A stretch of DNA of 64,000 nt, from the NCBI RefSeq assembly GCF_009914755.1, contig NC_060939.1; one strand, given 5' to 3'. Below, piece by piece: positions 19,934-39,053 of the stretch; the first letter of the stretch is position 1, and each line of letters opens with the position of its first letter. The DNA comes from the human T2T-CHM13v2.0 reference genome, Homo sapiens. Under the pieces are notes generated by a model, which saw only the letters and a list, made by a program, of their open reading frames with translations, ran no database searches and was not told the DNA's origin. The translations under genes were made by a program, and so were the position numbers.

Positions 19934-20065
19934 TGGGCTTAAAATTGAATTCAGTGGATCCAACAATGAGCATTGATCTTAAATACTTGGGAGTACAGTT
20001 ACCTTTGGCTCCAGCTACTAGCTTTCCTTTTTGGAACCTTACAGGAACCAACCCTGCCTCTCCTG
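19934..20065 (+). CDS. MGA: MGA coding exon 6 (132 nt)
   Basis: ttttag|TGGGC, CTG|gtgagt. Encodes GLKLNSVDPTMSIDLKYLG...TNPASP. Confidence 0.95.
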
Positions 20066-20309
20066 GTGAGTATGTAACATTTGTAAAGTCAAACACTATT
20101 TTTCTTGAAGTTTACGTTATTTGTAACGTAAGTAAAAAGCTACCTTTATTGGTGACATTTAACATTAGTCTAAGATAGATCTTTTGTCTGTTGTTATAGT
20201 TTTGATAAGTGATTTATACACTTACCAAATTAAAGTTTTATTAATTAACTAGGTCCATAATATTGGCCTGCTAGAATTTTGGTCATCTGTTTGACTTTTT
20301 CTTTTATAG

Positions 20310-20414
20310 ATGCGGGATTTCCCTTTGTTTCTAGGACAGGGAAAACCAATGATTTCACTAAGATCAAGGGATGGAGGGGAAAATTTCATAGTGCTTCTGC
20401 ATCTAGGAATGAAG
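20310..20414 (+). CDS. MGA: MGA coding exon 7 (105 nt)
   Basis: ttttatag|ATGCG, AAG|gtaatt. Encodes AGFPFVSRTGKTNDFTKIKGWRGKFHSASASRNE in the phase-1 frame. Confidence 0.94.
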
Positions 20415-20430
20415 GTAATTAGTTTTTTAA

Positions 20431-22772
<2,342 letters not shown>

Positions 22773-22895
22773 AGGGATAGTTTAGAAGATTCACTATCTT
22801 GTAGCTCAATATTCTTGGCCATTTTTAGTGTTTTTATGGAGATTCATAAATCTGTCCTAGATTTCTTTAAGCATTTTATGTTTTCTTATTTCTAG

Positions 22896-23554
22896 GTGGA
22901 AATTCAGAAAGTTCACTGAAAAATCGTTCTGCTTTCTGTAGTGATAAGCTAGATGAATACTTGGAAAATGAAGGCAAGCTGATGGAAACAAGCATGGGTT
23001 TTTCTTCTAATGCTCCCACATCTCCTGTGGTGTACCAGCTTCCCACTAAGAGTACCAGTTATGTACGAACACTTGATAGTGTACTAAAGAAGCAATCTAC
23101 TATTTCCCCTTCTACCTCTTATTCTTTGAAACCTCATTCTGTACCCCCTGTCTCTCGAAAGGCAAAGTCTCAAAACAGACAGGCAACTTTCAGTGGCCGA
23201 ACTAAATCATCTTATAAATCCATTTTACCATACCCTGTTTCACCAAAGCAGAAATACTCTCATGTGATTCTAGGAGATAAGGTTACCAAGAATTCTTCAG
23301 GCATCATCTCAGAAAATCAGGCGAATAACTTTGTTGTGCCAACTTTGGATGAAAATATATTTCCAAAGCAGATTAGTTTGCGGCAGGCACAGCAGCAGCA
23401 GCAACAGCAACAGGGAAGTCGCCCTCCAGGCTTGTCTAAATCTCAGGTGAAGCTAATGGACCTGGAAGACTGTGCACTTTGGGAAGGAAAACCAAGGACA
23501 TACATCACAGAAGAGCGAGCAGATGTATCCTTAACAACTCTACTTACAGCTCAA
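22896..23554 (+). CDS. MGA: MGA coding exon 8 (659 nt), includes a short polyQ
   Basis: ttctag|GTGGA, CAA|gtaagt. Overlaps ORF 22961..23587 and ends TTLLTAQ. Confidence 0.96.
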
Positions 23555-23880
23555 GTAAGTAGCTGCTGTTTTCTGGAGGTATATTAGTGCTTGGCTAGAA
23601 AGAGCGAGGTTAGTGAGGGGAAATGGGAATGGTACTTTTTGGCAGGGTGATCAGCTAGTTTTTAGCATTTAGAACCTTCATGGGAACTAAGGCTATGTCT
23701 TCCCCATTTGTTCTTTACCAACTAGATACTCAGGTGTAGATTTCTCCTGCCATCAGAGAGAGAGAGTACAATTGCACTTTTGAATAACCTCTCTCTCCTG
23801 TATAAAGGCAACTGACCATTCTGAAAATCTCTGATTTCATTTTCCAACATATGGGCAAGTACATTGGCTGATCTTGTTAA

Positions 23881-24723
<843 letters not shown>

Positions 24724-24892
24724 TCATCATTACTTTTTTTACTTTCCATTTTGTAATTCTATGACTGAATTCTGGAACTGAAGATCATCAGATGTTGGAA
24801 CTAAATGCAGATTATTTTATTCGTTATTAATCCTTCATAAAGACTTTTATTTATGTATTGTCCTATTCTTTTTTTATTAATTACCCTACAAT

Positions 24893-25075
24893 AGGGACCA
24901 GCAAACTTTTTCTGTAAAGGGCCAAATAGTAAATATTTAAGGCTTTGCAGACCATACACTCTCTATAGCAGTTACTGAACTCTGCTGTTGTAGTTCTTCA
25001 GACGGTATGTGTATGAATTAGCCTGGTTGCGTTCCAGTGAAACTTTATGACACAGGCTGGATTTGGCCCATGGGT
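24893..25075 (+). mobile_element. MER58A (hAT-Charlie)
   Basis: CAGCAAACTTTTTCTGTAAAGGGCCAAATAGTAAATATTT...GGCTGGATTTGGCCC. Confidence 0.8.
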
Positions 25076-25355
25076 CTCAACCTTTGTTAATCTTTGCGTT
25101 AGAACATTATGTATAATTTATATTGAAAATAAATCCATCCTTGATAGTTTTGCCCATAATTGTCTGTACTAAGCATTAGAATGGCAGATTGTTTAGAGCC
25201 CTGGTTAGATTCATGTTCTGTCCTTTGAATCTGCATTAGTCCTGTGCTGTTAGTACTTAAAATCAGAGAGTAATGCAGTCCAGTATATGACCATAAGTTG
25301 GTGGTGGTGTAGGGGGATGGTTTAGTGGAATTACAATTTTCTCCTTTGACTTTAG

Positions 25356-25701
25356 GCATCCCTCAAAACTAAACCTATCCACACAATCATAAGGAAACGA
25401 GCCCCTCCCTGCAACAATGACTTCTGTCGACTGGGTTGTGTATGTTCCAGTCTAGCTTTGGAGAAGCGCCAACCTGCTCACTGCCGCCGACCAGACTGCA
25501 TGTTTGGTTGTACTTGTTTGAAAAGAAAAGTTGTACTTGTTAAAGGAGGATCCAAAACTAAGCATTTTCAGAGGAAGGCTGCTCATCGAGATCCAGTATT
25601 TTATGATACTCTGGGAGAGGAGGCAAGGGAGGAGGAAGAAGGAATCAGGGAGGAGGAGGAACAATTGAAAGAGAAAAAGAAGAGAAAGAAGCTAGAATAC
25701 A
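25356..25701 (+). CDS. MGA: MGA coding exon 9 (346 nt), Cys-rich conserved MGA domain (DUF4801)
   Basis: tttag|GCATCC, ACA|gtgagt. Encodes ASLKTKP...PCNNDFCRLGCVC...HCRRPDCMFGCTC...KKKRKKLEY. Confidence 0.96.
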
Positions 25702-26673
25702 GTGAGTATTAATTGAGAGTTAAAACTGTGCCATATCAGTTTTTGGAAAAGTATGGTTATTTTAGAATAATACAACCTACCTTAATCCCGATCAATTATC
25801 CAATAAGAGCTTTGAGACTTCTTATTATCCTTACATGCTCTTTCTGACTGGCTATCTGAGATGCACACAAACACACACCTTTTTTAAGTTGAATTGTTCT
25901 CTGAGAATTGCTTTTTTGTGCTAAATTTAAATCATACTGTTACTTGGTTTTCTAGAATGCCCTTGATCTTTGAGTTTCTTCCATTTTCTGGATTGTGCGC
26001 ATGTGCACACACACACAGGTAGACACACGTACGTTCCTTGGAAAGACTATAGATGATCCATATAATGCATCATGTTTTCTAAAAGGAGAAGTTTGCAAAA
26101 AGACCCTCTGGTCATGGTTGGAGATTTGGGGACAAAGTAGGATTGTGGTAAAGCTGAACATCATGTACTGTGTTGAAAATTGGGTTTTTTTTTGGTGGGA
26201 GAGGATAAAATATGATGTAGATGTAGACCCAAGTTACATATTATTTCATTATTGATTTTTTCGTTTCTGTTATATCTTTGTATTTTGTTCAAATGTATTG
26301 AAATGATTTTACCGTATAATTGAAACAGGTTTCTTAGTTTATCAGGGGATTAATACTCCTTTTCTTGGCAATTTATGTTTACACTTCCTGTTGCTCTGTG
26401 TTCATTTCAATCAGAGATGATGATTAATATTTCAGTGTATGTTCCATCATAACGTCATGTTCTGCTTTCCACATCAACAATTGTAGATCTAATTTTATAA
26501 TGTTAGTTTTAATGGCTTCATGTTGTTATAATCCCTTTGGTTGGATAGTTAGCCTTTTTGGGTTTTCTTTATTATAAGCTGTACGGTGATGAACATCCAT
26601 GTTCAAGACAGGCTATTAAAAGTGGAATTGCTGTGACAGTGTGTACATGTTAAACATTTGTAGATGTCACTAG

Positions 26674-27634
<961 letters not shown>

Positions 27635-28371
27635 TAAAGTCTTGTTTAGAAAGTCTTTCTCTACCTTGAGATTATAAAAATATTTAATTATATTTCTTCT
27701 AGTACTTTTTTGGACTTAAAAAAAATAAGTTGTTAATATAGCTGAATTTATTTGATGTGGGATTTGTAGTAGGGAATCATATTTCCCCCAAATGCCTAGC
27801 CGTTGTACTATCACTTATTGAGAAATATACTTTTCCTACTGAATTAAAATGTCACCTGTAATATAATAAATTAAAATATATTAATGACTGGATCTCTTTC
27901 TGGCCTCTCCTGTTTTGTGACCAGTGCCAGGGTATTCTTATTTCTATTTTAGCATTTAAGTGAGATATAGTGTATTTAAATACCTAAATGATCTTTGTGT
28001 AAATAAGATTTTAAAGGTTTAAAATGAAGCATAGTGTAGATTTATTAGTTTAGTTCTACCCATATCTCCTTACTGAGTTTACTCCCTTCTTATGCTTAAG
28101 ACAAGCATTTCCATTTCAAAGCAACAAAAATAAAATACGGAAGCCCACATAAGCAGGAATAGTGCTTACCTCTTAGGCTTTACTGCTTTTTGATTATTGT
28201 CTTCATCCTGTGCCCTATCCTTGACTATAATTAAACTCCGATAGCCAATTATTAAAGTATTTTTTTGTTTTCTTACTGGTACAGTTCATTATAAAAAGCA
28301 AAGCTTGCTATTCCCTATCTAGGAGCCATCAGTTTTCTTGTGCTGTTAGGGAAGGATGAAAAAGGAGGGAT

Positions 28372-28740
<369 letters not shown>

Positions 28741-30471
28741 TTAGAGGTAAACATGTTGCCGATACCAAAAATGGACAAAGAAAAAATATAAAAACTGGAA
28801 AAGTTGAAATCCTTTAGTATGTTTTGCAAAAAGATAGGTGGAAACTGAGGGTAAAAAAAAGTAAGTTATGAAATTGAGGTATAAGCATTTTATTTAGAAT
28901 GATTGAGTGTAACCACTAAAAATAAACATAAATGTTTAAAAGTAGTCACTTGTCACTGCAACACTGGGTATGATGGAAGACTTGTTTCTTTTTATATTCT
29001 TTAGCACAGTTTTTTGTGTGTTTTTATTATATAGTTAATATATAAAAAATTAGTCTTCTCAATGCATAAAATCTCAGCATTTAATACTTTTTTTTTGTCA
29101 TTGTAACAGACTTAAAAATTTTTTTGTAATGGTTCAATCCATTGCTGAAAAAAAGATGGGTAACATTATTGGACACTGTTATGCATAGCTCTCTATGAAG
29201 GTTCTATCATTTAAACCTTCAACCTTATATGATAAGGAGGCTTCATTCTCCATTTTAGAAATGAGCTAATTGAGTGCTTAGTGACTTGTTCTCCAAGGTC
29301 ATAAAGATACTAAGTGAGTTGTAGGGGACTGCCAAGTCCTCATGCTTTTTCTGCCTTGTACAATTTCTGAAATTTTAATTCTGCCTCCTTGTTGTAGACC
29401 CCAGTGGCCTTTACTTTTATCACCTGCTTATCCTTTGGTTTGTCAAAAAATACTGCTGGCTGTGCAGAGGTACTGTGCCTAGCTGTTGTGGGTAGTACCA
29501 AGGGAAAGAATAAAACTTGTCATTTCTGTTTTCTTAGCCCACTTAATATACCTATAAATTAACAATATAAAGAAAAAAAATCAATAAAATTGATACTTGT
29601 AGCCAGACTGAGGAATAAAGAGAACATACTAATTACCATTATTAGGAATGAAAGGTGACTTCAGTACAGACATTGAAAGGATGATATGGCAATATTATGA
29701 ACAACTTTATGTCAGTAAATGGAGAACTCAGATGAAATGGAAAAACTCTTTAAAAGACACAAGCTACAAAACTCACTCAAGAAGAAATAGGTGACTGCTT
29801 GCCTTATACTTATTAGAGAATTGAACTTGTAGTGGAAAACCCTGCAATAATAATTCTGGTCTGAGTTGCTTCACTGTTGAATTCTATAAAACATTAAAGA
29901 CTAAATCCCATTTGATACAGTCTTCCATAAAATGGTGTCATCTTATGAAACCAGCATTACCCTGATATTCAATCCATAAGAAGACTTTACAAGAAAACTG
30001 TAGACTGATAACCCTTATGAACATAGATGTAAAATTTCTAAATAAAAGTTTAGCAACTCAAATCCAACAGTATATTTAAAGAATACTGCATCATGACTAA
30101 GTGGGGTGTATCCTAGAAGTGTGGGATTTGTTTAACATTTGAAAAATCAATCAGTATACTTTGCCATTACAGTGGACTTAAAAAAAGACCAGTCTGGGTG
30201 ACAGAGTGAGACCCTGTCTCAAAAAAAAAAAAAAAATTAATGTTCTAAATTATGGTGACATCATATGTTGTAATTAGTAAATATGTCCATATGTATAAAA
30301 TACATATTAAGGATAGAAATTTGATTTAGATATGAATATTTATGTAATTTGCCATATAACAGATTAAATGAGATCATTTATGATATTAGTGAATGTGGTT
30401 AAATTGATAAAAATTCAACATTTATCATCTCAAGATATATATCTATCTCACTATATATAGATAGATATCTT

Positions 30472-30492
30472 GATATATGTAGTGTATATGTA

Positions 30493-30529
<37 letters not shown>

Positions 30530-30545
30530 CATATATATATACATG
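30472..30545. repeat. (TG)n(TA)n compound microsatellite at the tail end of the RPL6 retrocopy
   Basis: gtgtgtgt...atatatatat directly visible. Confidence 0.9.
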
Positions 30546-30879
30546 TATAGTATTATTTAGTTAGGTTCTTAAGAAGTTTAAAACACCAATTTGTGAGGAT
30601 AAATTCCATTCGTCAGGGCAAACACAGATCGCAGGTAGCCCTGGAGCTGAGGAATAGCTTTGATTTTTCGTACAATTTGTGAGTCCACAGCTTTCTGATC
30701 AATCTTGCACTGCTCTGTAGTCTTGTAGTTCTCTTTTTCTGTGTCAGAGATCTCACCTTCCTGGTGTCTGGGCTTCTGCAACTGCTTCTCGAAGTGAGCA
30801 TCAATAAGATGTTTTGGGATTTTTACATTGCTAATGCCAGTTTTGGTTGAGATGGCAATGACAAATTTCTGGTGTGTTC
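30546..30879 (-). pseudogene. 5'-truncated processed pseudogene of ribosomal protein L6 (C-terminal ~99 codons plus 3'UTR)
   Basis: Minus strand reads [24 protein letters not shown]...KPRHQEGEI...[25 protein letters not shown], the RPL6/eL6 C-terminus. Intronless, followed by RPL6-like 3'UTR. Confidence 0.93.
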
Positions 30880-31747
30880 AAGCTCCACCTGATTAAGAGA
30901 TATTTTTGAAAGATTGACAAAATTCATTTCTGGTAAAAATTCTCAGCACACTAGGAATAGCAAGGAATTTTCTCAACTGGATAAAATAATCTTTGAAAAA
31001 TATTACAATTGACATATTAATGATAAAAGACTTATTGTTCTCTCCCAAAGACTGGGAATGAGGAAGAATGCCCATTTTTACCACTTCTGTTTAACGTTAT
31101 GTACAGGAGGTCCTAGCCAGTGCAGTAAGGGCATGATAAAGAGAGAGGTATCCAGATTGGAAAGGAAGAAGTAAAAATTGGCTTTATTCATGGATAGGAA
31201 AATCCTAGGGAATCTACAAAATAAGCTACTAGAACTGTAAGTCAGTTTAATGAGGTTGCAGCATACATTATCAGTATGCAACATGTTTGTACATATAAGC
31301 AATGAACAATTGGAAATTGAGATAAGTTGAGATTAAAAAAATACCATTTAAAATAGCATCCAACGAGAAGAGACACTTAAGGATAACTTTGATAAAAGAT
31401 GCCTAAAACCTATATACTAAAAACTATAAGATATTGCTGAGAGTGATTTTAAGAGGCCTAAATAAATGGAAAAATATATTGTTTTCATTTATCAGAAGAC
31501 ACTCTTGGTAAGATACTTTTCACAAATTGGCCTATAGATCTGCTGATGCTATTCCAATCAAAATCCTAACAGGCTTCTGGGGGATAGAAATTGGCAAGTT
31601 TCTAAAATTTTTATGAAAAACAGAGGACTTAGAATAGTCCAAACAACTTTGATAAAGAATGTACCTGGCCACACGTGGTGGCTCATGCCTGTAATCCCAG
31701 CACTTCAGGAGGCCGAGACTAGTGAATCATCTGAGCTCAGGAGTTCA

Positions 31748-31948
<201 letters not shown>

Positions 31949-32790
31949 TCAAAAAAAAAATTAATGTTCTATATTATGGTGACATCATATGTTGTAATTA
32001 GTAAATATGTCCATATGTATAAAATACATATTAGTGATTAGGGGTAGAAATTTGATTTAGATATGAATATTTATGTAATTTGCTGTATAACGGATTAAAT
32101 GAGATTATGATATTAATGAATTAATGAATATGGTTAAATTGATAAAAATTCAACATTTTTTATTTAAAAAATAACTTAGCAAGTGAATCTCGGAAAAATG
32201 CTGCTTCTCACTTTCATCTGTAATCTTATTTCAGTCCTAATCAAAACTCTGATAGCTTTTTATGTGAAACATGAAAAGCAGAACTTATAATTTATATGGA
32301 AATGCGAAGAATCTAGAAATAACCAGGTCAATCTTGAAGAACAGTGGCAGAATGGAAGGATTTTATTGTATGTCAAGAGTTACAAAATTACCACGTGATA
32401 TGGGTGATATTGGCTTGTCATAAAATGAATAGACAAGTAGAACAGAATAGAGAGGCTACAGGCTGGGTGCTGTGGCTCATGCCTTGTCATCCCAGCACTT
32501 TGTGGGGCCAAGGCAGGAGGATCGCTTGAGCCCAGGAGTTCGAGACCTGCCTGAGCAACATAGCAATACTTCCATCTCTACTAAAAATAAAAAAAATTTT
32601 GGCTGATGGCATGGTGGCTCAGGCCTGTTGTCCCAGCTGTGCAGTAGGCTGAGGCAAAAGTATGGCCAGGAGGTTGAGCCTGCAGTGAGCCGTGATAGTG
32701 CCACTGCACTCCAGCCTGGGTGACAGAGTGAGACGTTGTCTCAAAAATAAAAACTAAGGCCAGACGCGATGGCTTACACCTGTAATCCTA

Positions 32791-33069
<279 letters not shown>

Positions 33070-33565
33070 TCAAACATAAATGGACTCTTGATTTGACAGA
33101 AGTGGCGAAGAAATAAAGAAAGAATGATCTTTTCACCAAATGGTGATAGGATTATTGTACATCCGTATGGGAAAAATAGAAACTTTATTCGTTTCTCACA
33201 CCATATATGGAAATAATTTGTAGGTACGTTATACACCTAATTTTCAATGACTAAACAATACAGCATTTAGAAGATACAGGCAAATGTATACAGGATCTCA
33301 TATTAGGAAAAAATTTCTTAAACATGACAGAAGAAAACCAATTCTTAGGGAAAAGATCAAGCCATTTGACAACTTTAAAATAAGAAATTCAGAGGCTGGG
33401 CACGGTGTCTCACGCCTGTGATTCCAGCACTTTGGGAGGCTGAGGTGGGTGGATTACTTGTGGTCAGGAATTCGAGACCAGCCTGGCCAACATGGTGAAA
33501 CCCCATCTCTACCAAAAATACAAAAATTAGCCAGGTGTGATAGGGTGTGCCTCTAATCCCAGCTA

Positions 33566-33746
<181 letters not shown>

Positions 33747-34320
33747 TTAATAATAAACACTCCTGTAGAAAAAATGAGCAAGAGTTTTAGAAGCATTTCA
33801 TAAAGTGGAATGTTGAATGGCTCATTTGTAGTTGGGGAAATCCAAATTAAATCCATGATGAGATTCTACTAGACACCTGCCAGAATGGTTATCATTACAA
33901 GCCTCTACTAATACCAACTATTGATAAAGACAATGAACAATGGGAAATCTCCTACACTGCTGATGGGGAAATAAATAGGTGTAACCACTTTGGAAAATAG
34001 TTGGGCAGTATCTACTGAAGTTGAAGATTCATAGCCCTTGATCTAGCAGTTTGACTCCAGAGTAACAAGCAGAACTGTATTATATAAGAATATTTACATG
34101 ATTCTCACAGTATTTAAAACCTGAAAACAACCCCAAATGTCTAATAACAATAGAAGAATAAACAGTAGTATGAATATTCAGTGAAATAACATACCACAGT
34201 GAAAATAAATGAATTACAACTGTGTGTTTCAGCATAGATGAATTTTACAAATATAATGTTGAAGGGGAAAAACGCCAGGTAAAAGAATGTATCTTTGATT
34301 CCATTAATATAAACTTTTAA

Positions 34321-34539
<219 letters not shown>

Positions 34540-35629
34540 TAGCCAAGATGGTCTCAATCTGCTGACCTCGTGATCCGCCTGCCTCGGCCTCCCAAAGTGC
34601 TGGGATTGCAGGTGTGAGCCAGTGTGCCCGGTCTAAAGTAGGCAAAATTAAGGTATGATATTTAGGTGTTATACTTTGACATTCAAAAAAGGAAAGCAAA
34701 GAGGTAGCTATCATTTAAGTGCCTTTTTTATAGGAAGGGGAGGGATTGTGATTGAGAAAGGGTTCTGGAATTGATAGCACTGTTCTATTTCTTGTATGGT
34801 GTTTACATGGATGTATAGTTCTTAATATGTATTGAGCTGTATACTGTTTATGTACATTTCTTTATAAATGTTATATTTCATTATAAAGAGATCCAAAATG
34901 CCTACAAAAATCAGAGGAAGAGGAGCATGGTGTGTTAGTGTGCTGTATTAGCATGGCAGTTCTTGTAGGTCTTCTAAGTGTAATGCTTTTCATTTATGGT
35001 GCAACTACTATGGACACTGCTAGGAGTGAGGAGGTAGAATATAGGCAATTAAAACAAGTCCATCGCTCTAAGAGGTTACTGTCAATTTGATAAAACAGGT
35101 ATGTGGTGAAAAGATACATATTTATTGTAATTTTAAGTCCCACGAGTAACTGAATTCCTGTAATGTTTTAAGTGTCATGAACAAAAGGCTTACTGAGAAG
35201 CCAGAAGACAGAGTGATAAAGCTAGGGGACTTGGGTAATATATATTAGGAGGCATTTCAGTAGAAATGAGGAGACCATTTCTTTGTTAAAACTGATTTCT
35301 ATTCTTGGCTCCTGTCAATGAATATGTGCTACTCAGCTTCTCCCCTTAATTCCACCTTTTCCTGCTGAGTGTTGTTCTTTTTTTTTCCTGAGTTTCAGGG
35401 AAAGAGTAGGAGAATCTCTAGTGTCATTATAAGGGGAAATAAAGAGGTGCTGTATCTTGGATCCCAGGCTGTATAAAGGAATCAAGTGAACAGTGGGCCA
35501 GTGAGTGTGAGGGATCAGTATTTTGTTCTTGCCTTTGTAGGGAGCCTGTTTTCATGGCTTCAATTCTACTAGTCTCTGCCAATGATGGTCCTGGTTTTTA
35601 ATTCCCATGCTATTTTATTTATTTACATA

Positions 35630-38618
35630 TATTTTTGAGAGAGAGGGTCTTGCTCTGTCACCCAGGCTGGAGTGCTGTGTCTTGATCATAGCTAACTATA
35701 TCCTTGATCTCCCTGGCTCAAGCGGTCCTTCCGTCTTAGCCTCTGGAGTAGCTAGGACTACAGGTACATGCCACCATGCCCAGCTAAAGCTTTTTATATT
35801 CTGTAGAGACAGGGTCTTGCTATGTTGCCCAGGCTGGTTTTGGGCTCCTGGCCTCAAGAGATCCTCCCACCTTGGCATCTGTATTGGGATTATAGGTGTG
35901 AGCTACTGCATCTGGCTCCCTACCCCATTTTTAGTATGTTGTTGTCCTTCCAATTTAAAACATGTCATAAACAGAACTGAACTCTACCCCTCTCAGTCAA
36001 ATCCTTTTATGAACTCCCCTATTTATTGGAAGCTCCATTTCTCATTTTTTCCCATTCTGGTGACAGATTAACCATTTCCTACTTATTCACAGTTGAAATT
36101 TTAAAATTGTCTTTGATTGCCTGTGAGATATTAAGAGAAATATGAATAATCATTCTTGGTATCTTAAGAGTTTTTTTTTTTTTTTGAAGTACTGTACTGT
36201 GTATTTTGTAGCTATTATTTCAAAAGGAAAAGATGAAAAGGGACCTTTGCTTAGTATAATGCTTAGTTTATGGAGGCTTAGAAAATCCTTAAAAGATTAT
36301 TGATAGAAGTCCAAGATGTCTTGCTTGCCCTAAAGGTGCTTTTGTTTTTGTCTTATAATTAATGCGTGTACAAAATAATTAGCTACACTGAACAAGAAAG
36401 TTTTTATTAAATGTGTGGTAGAACCTCTTAATACCACCTTCACTGGGAGGGCAAGCCTCAAAAGACATACTTGTACATACTTACTACACATGCTACCTAT
36501 TTCCTTTCCTGTTTTTTCTCTTAAGTACCTAACCATATTCCAACACATTTTCCGTATTCATCATATTGCCTGTCTCATCTTACTTCCCCCCAAAAGCTAC
36601 CTGAAAGCAAGGATTTTTGTCAGTTTTATTCATTGTTGTATCTGCAAAGTCTGATACGTAGTAGAAATTCAAATATTTGAATGCATAAATGAATATTGGT
36701 GTCTAGAAACCTTTGTGCCATCTCTATAAAAAAGTTAAAATTAAAAAATTAGCCAAGTGGTGTGTGCTTGTAGTCTCAGCTATAAGATGAGGCAGTGAGA
36801 TGATCTCTTGAGTCAGGGAGGCCAGGGCTATGGAGAGCCATGGTGGTGCCAGTACACTCCAGCCTGGGTGACAGAGTCTCAAATTCTGTCTCAAAATAAA
36901 AAACAACCAGAAACATTGGTGAATTATGTTATAAAGGAGCTAAATTTTAAAAGGTAGTTGACAGAGACTGCAGCTGGCTAATTGACTCAATCACTTTCTA
37001 GCTTTGTTGTCCCCACCTCCCACCCCCTTTTTAATTTTTAAACCTTTATTCAAATTTTGTGATTGTGCCCGTATGTTTACCTCAGGAGCCCCTTAGACAA
37101 AGTTGTTCTTTACCAGTTGTTATTAATGTTCAGAGCAAATATACTACTTACGAAAATCAGGTAGCAGCTTAGATTCTGCTTTGTCATGAAAGATTAATTG
37201 AAGTAAGTATTTGAATTAAGTATGAATGCCACTCAGTCATATTTTATGTGACTCTAGGTGAAAGTTTTTGGGTCTTTGGCTTTGAACCAGCTACATGTCC
37301 TCTGTGAGGACTAACCATTAAAATGCAGAAATACATTTACTTCACTACGGCTGCTTTATGGGAATGGGCAGTTTACTTAAAGAATAAAACCAGTAGTGCT
37401 GGGCGTAGTAGCTCATGCCTGTAATCCCAGTGACTCAGGAGGCTGAGGCCGCAGGATTGCATGAGGCCAGGAGTTCAAAACAGGCCTGGGTAACATAGTG
37501 AGACCTGGTCTCTAAAAAGAAAATTTTTTTTCTTTATATTACCTTTAATCAACTCTTAACAACTAAACCTTTTTTTAAAGACCTAAAATTTATTTTTAAA
37601 GACCTATGCAGGCATGGTGGCATGTACCTGTAGACCTAGCTACTTGGGAGCCTGAGGCAGGAAGATCACTTTAGCCAGGAGGCTACAGTGAGCCATGATT
37701 GTGCCACTACTTGGGCAACAGAGTGAGACTTGTACTCTTAAAAAAATAAATAAGTAAACCCAGGAGCCTCTTAACCTAGATCTTCTTTTTAATTTAGTTA
37801 AGTAATCAATGCATATTTTCCTTTGTGCACATTTTTTGGGGGATTATTTATTAACAAGTAAAAATGCATATATTGGTCTATAACATGACATTTTGATGTA
37901 AATTGTAGAATGGCATACAGAACTTCTTGATAGTATGATTTTACCTCAGTTGGGTTTCATTGCGTCTATATTGATATAAGTGTTTTTACTCCTGTACTGA
38001 GTTCAGGCTGTCTTTTGATTACAATTTGTTATTAGAATGCAGTAGTGACAGCTTGGTCTCTGGAGCCAGATAGACAGGGTTTGATTCTGGTTCTGCCTCT
38101 TACTGGTTGGACATCCCTGCCTCTCACTGGTTGGACATCCCTGCACCTCAGCTTCTGTACCATGGGAATGATACCTACCTCAGGAGTTGTTGGAGTTAAA
38201 ACACATGAAGTGCTTAGCACAGGTGCTTAGAACAATGCTTAGAACTATTGAATAATAAGGTTCAGTAAATGTTTGTTGTTATTATTTAGGAAATAAAGTG
38301 TGGTTAAAAGTTATCTTTTTGACTAGGCACGGTGGCTCACAACTGTAATCTGGCACTGTGGGAGGCCAAGGTTGGGTGGATCACTTGAGGCCAGGAGTTC
38401 GAGACCAGCCTGGCCAACATGACAAAACCCCATCTCTACCAAAAATATAAAAATTAGCCAGGTGTGGTGGCATATACCTGTAATCCCAGCTACTCAGGTG
38501 GCTGAGGCATGAGAATCTCCTGAACATGGGAGGCAGAGGTTGCCATGAGCCAAGATTGCGCCATTGCACTCCACCCTAGGTGACAGAACAAGACTCTGTC
38601 TCAAAAAAAAAAAAAAAA
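35630..38618. mobile_element. Dispersed Alus (- 35630-35916; + partial 36715-36905; + 37397-37750; + 38321-38618)
   Basis: Alu consensus motifs. Confidence 0.8.
38040..38285 (+). mobile_element. MIR with an internal 24-bp tandem duplication (38093-38140)
   Basis: TCTGGAGCCAGA...GGGTTTGATTCTGGTTCTGCC...CCTACCTCAGGAGTTGTT...AAGTGCTTAGCACAG. Confidence 0.8.
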
Positions 38619-38639
38619 ATTTTTTTTCAGTAAGGTCTT

Positions 38640-38885
38640 CTCTGACCCTAAATATAATGGCAACTCTTGTTTTAATTCTTCATTCCTTAATTACCTTGCT
38701 GTGTTTTTCTACATGGCTTACCATTACTTGATATTATATATTTATGGGTTTGTCTTCCCCTACTGGATTTTAAACTCTGAGGGCAAGAACTTTGTTTTAT
38801 TCATAGCTGTGTTCATTCTAATGCCTAAAACAGTATCTGGTTGATAGCTGGTGTTCAATAAATATTTAAAGATGAATAAATGAAA
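38640..38885 (+). mobile_element. L2 3' end (a second copy lies at about 36520-36695)
   Basis: GAGGGCAAGAACTTTGTTTTATTCA...TCAATAAATATTT...ATGAATAAATGAA. Confidence 0.7.
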
Positions 38886-39053
38886 GTATATAAATACCAC
38901 TAAATGCCCTTTGTTTGGGGAGGGGGTCGTCTATTTGATTATTTTAACGAGTTACTGCCTTTTGTGAGGGAGCGTATTTTGTTTTGGCAGTGCCTCAGTA
39001 TTGATCTTTTGTTGCCAAAAGTACCTAAAACCTTACCCTTCTTTTTTGTTAAG

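Noticed and set aside
23384-23412. CAG/CAA polyglutamine run as an expansion-prone repeat
   Set aside because: Only 8 Q and interrupted by CAA, so likely stable.
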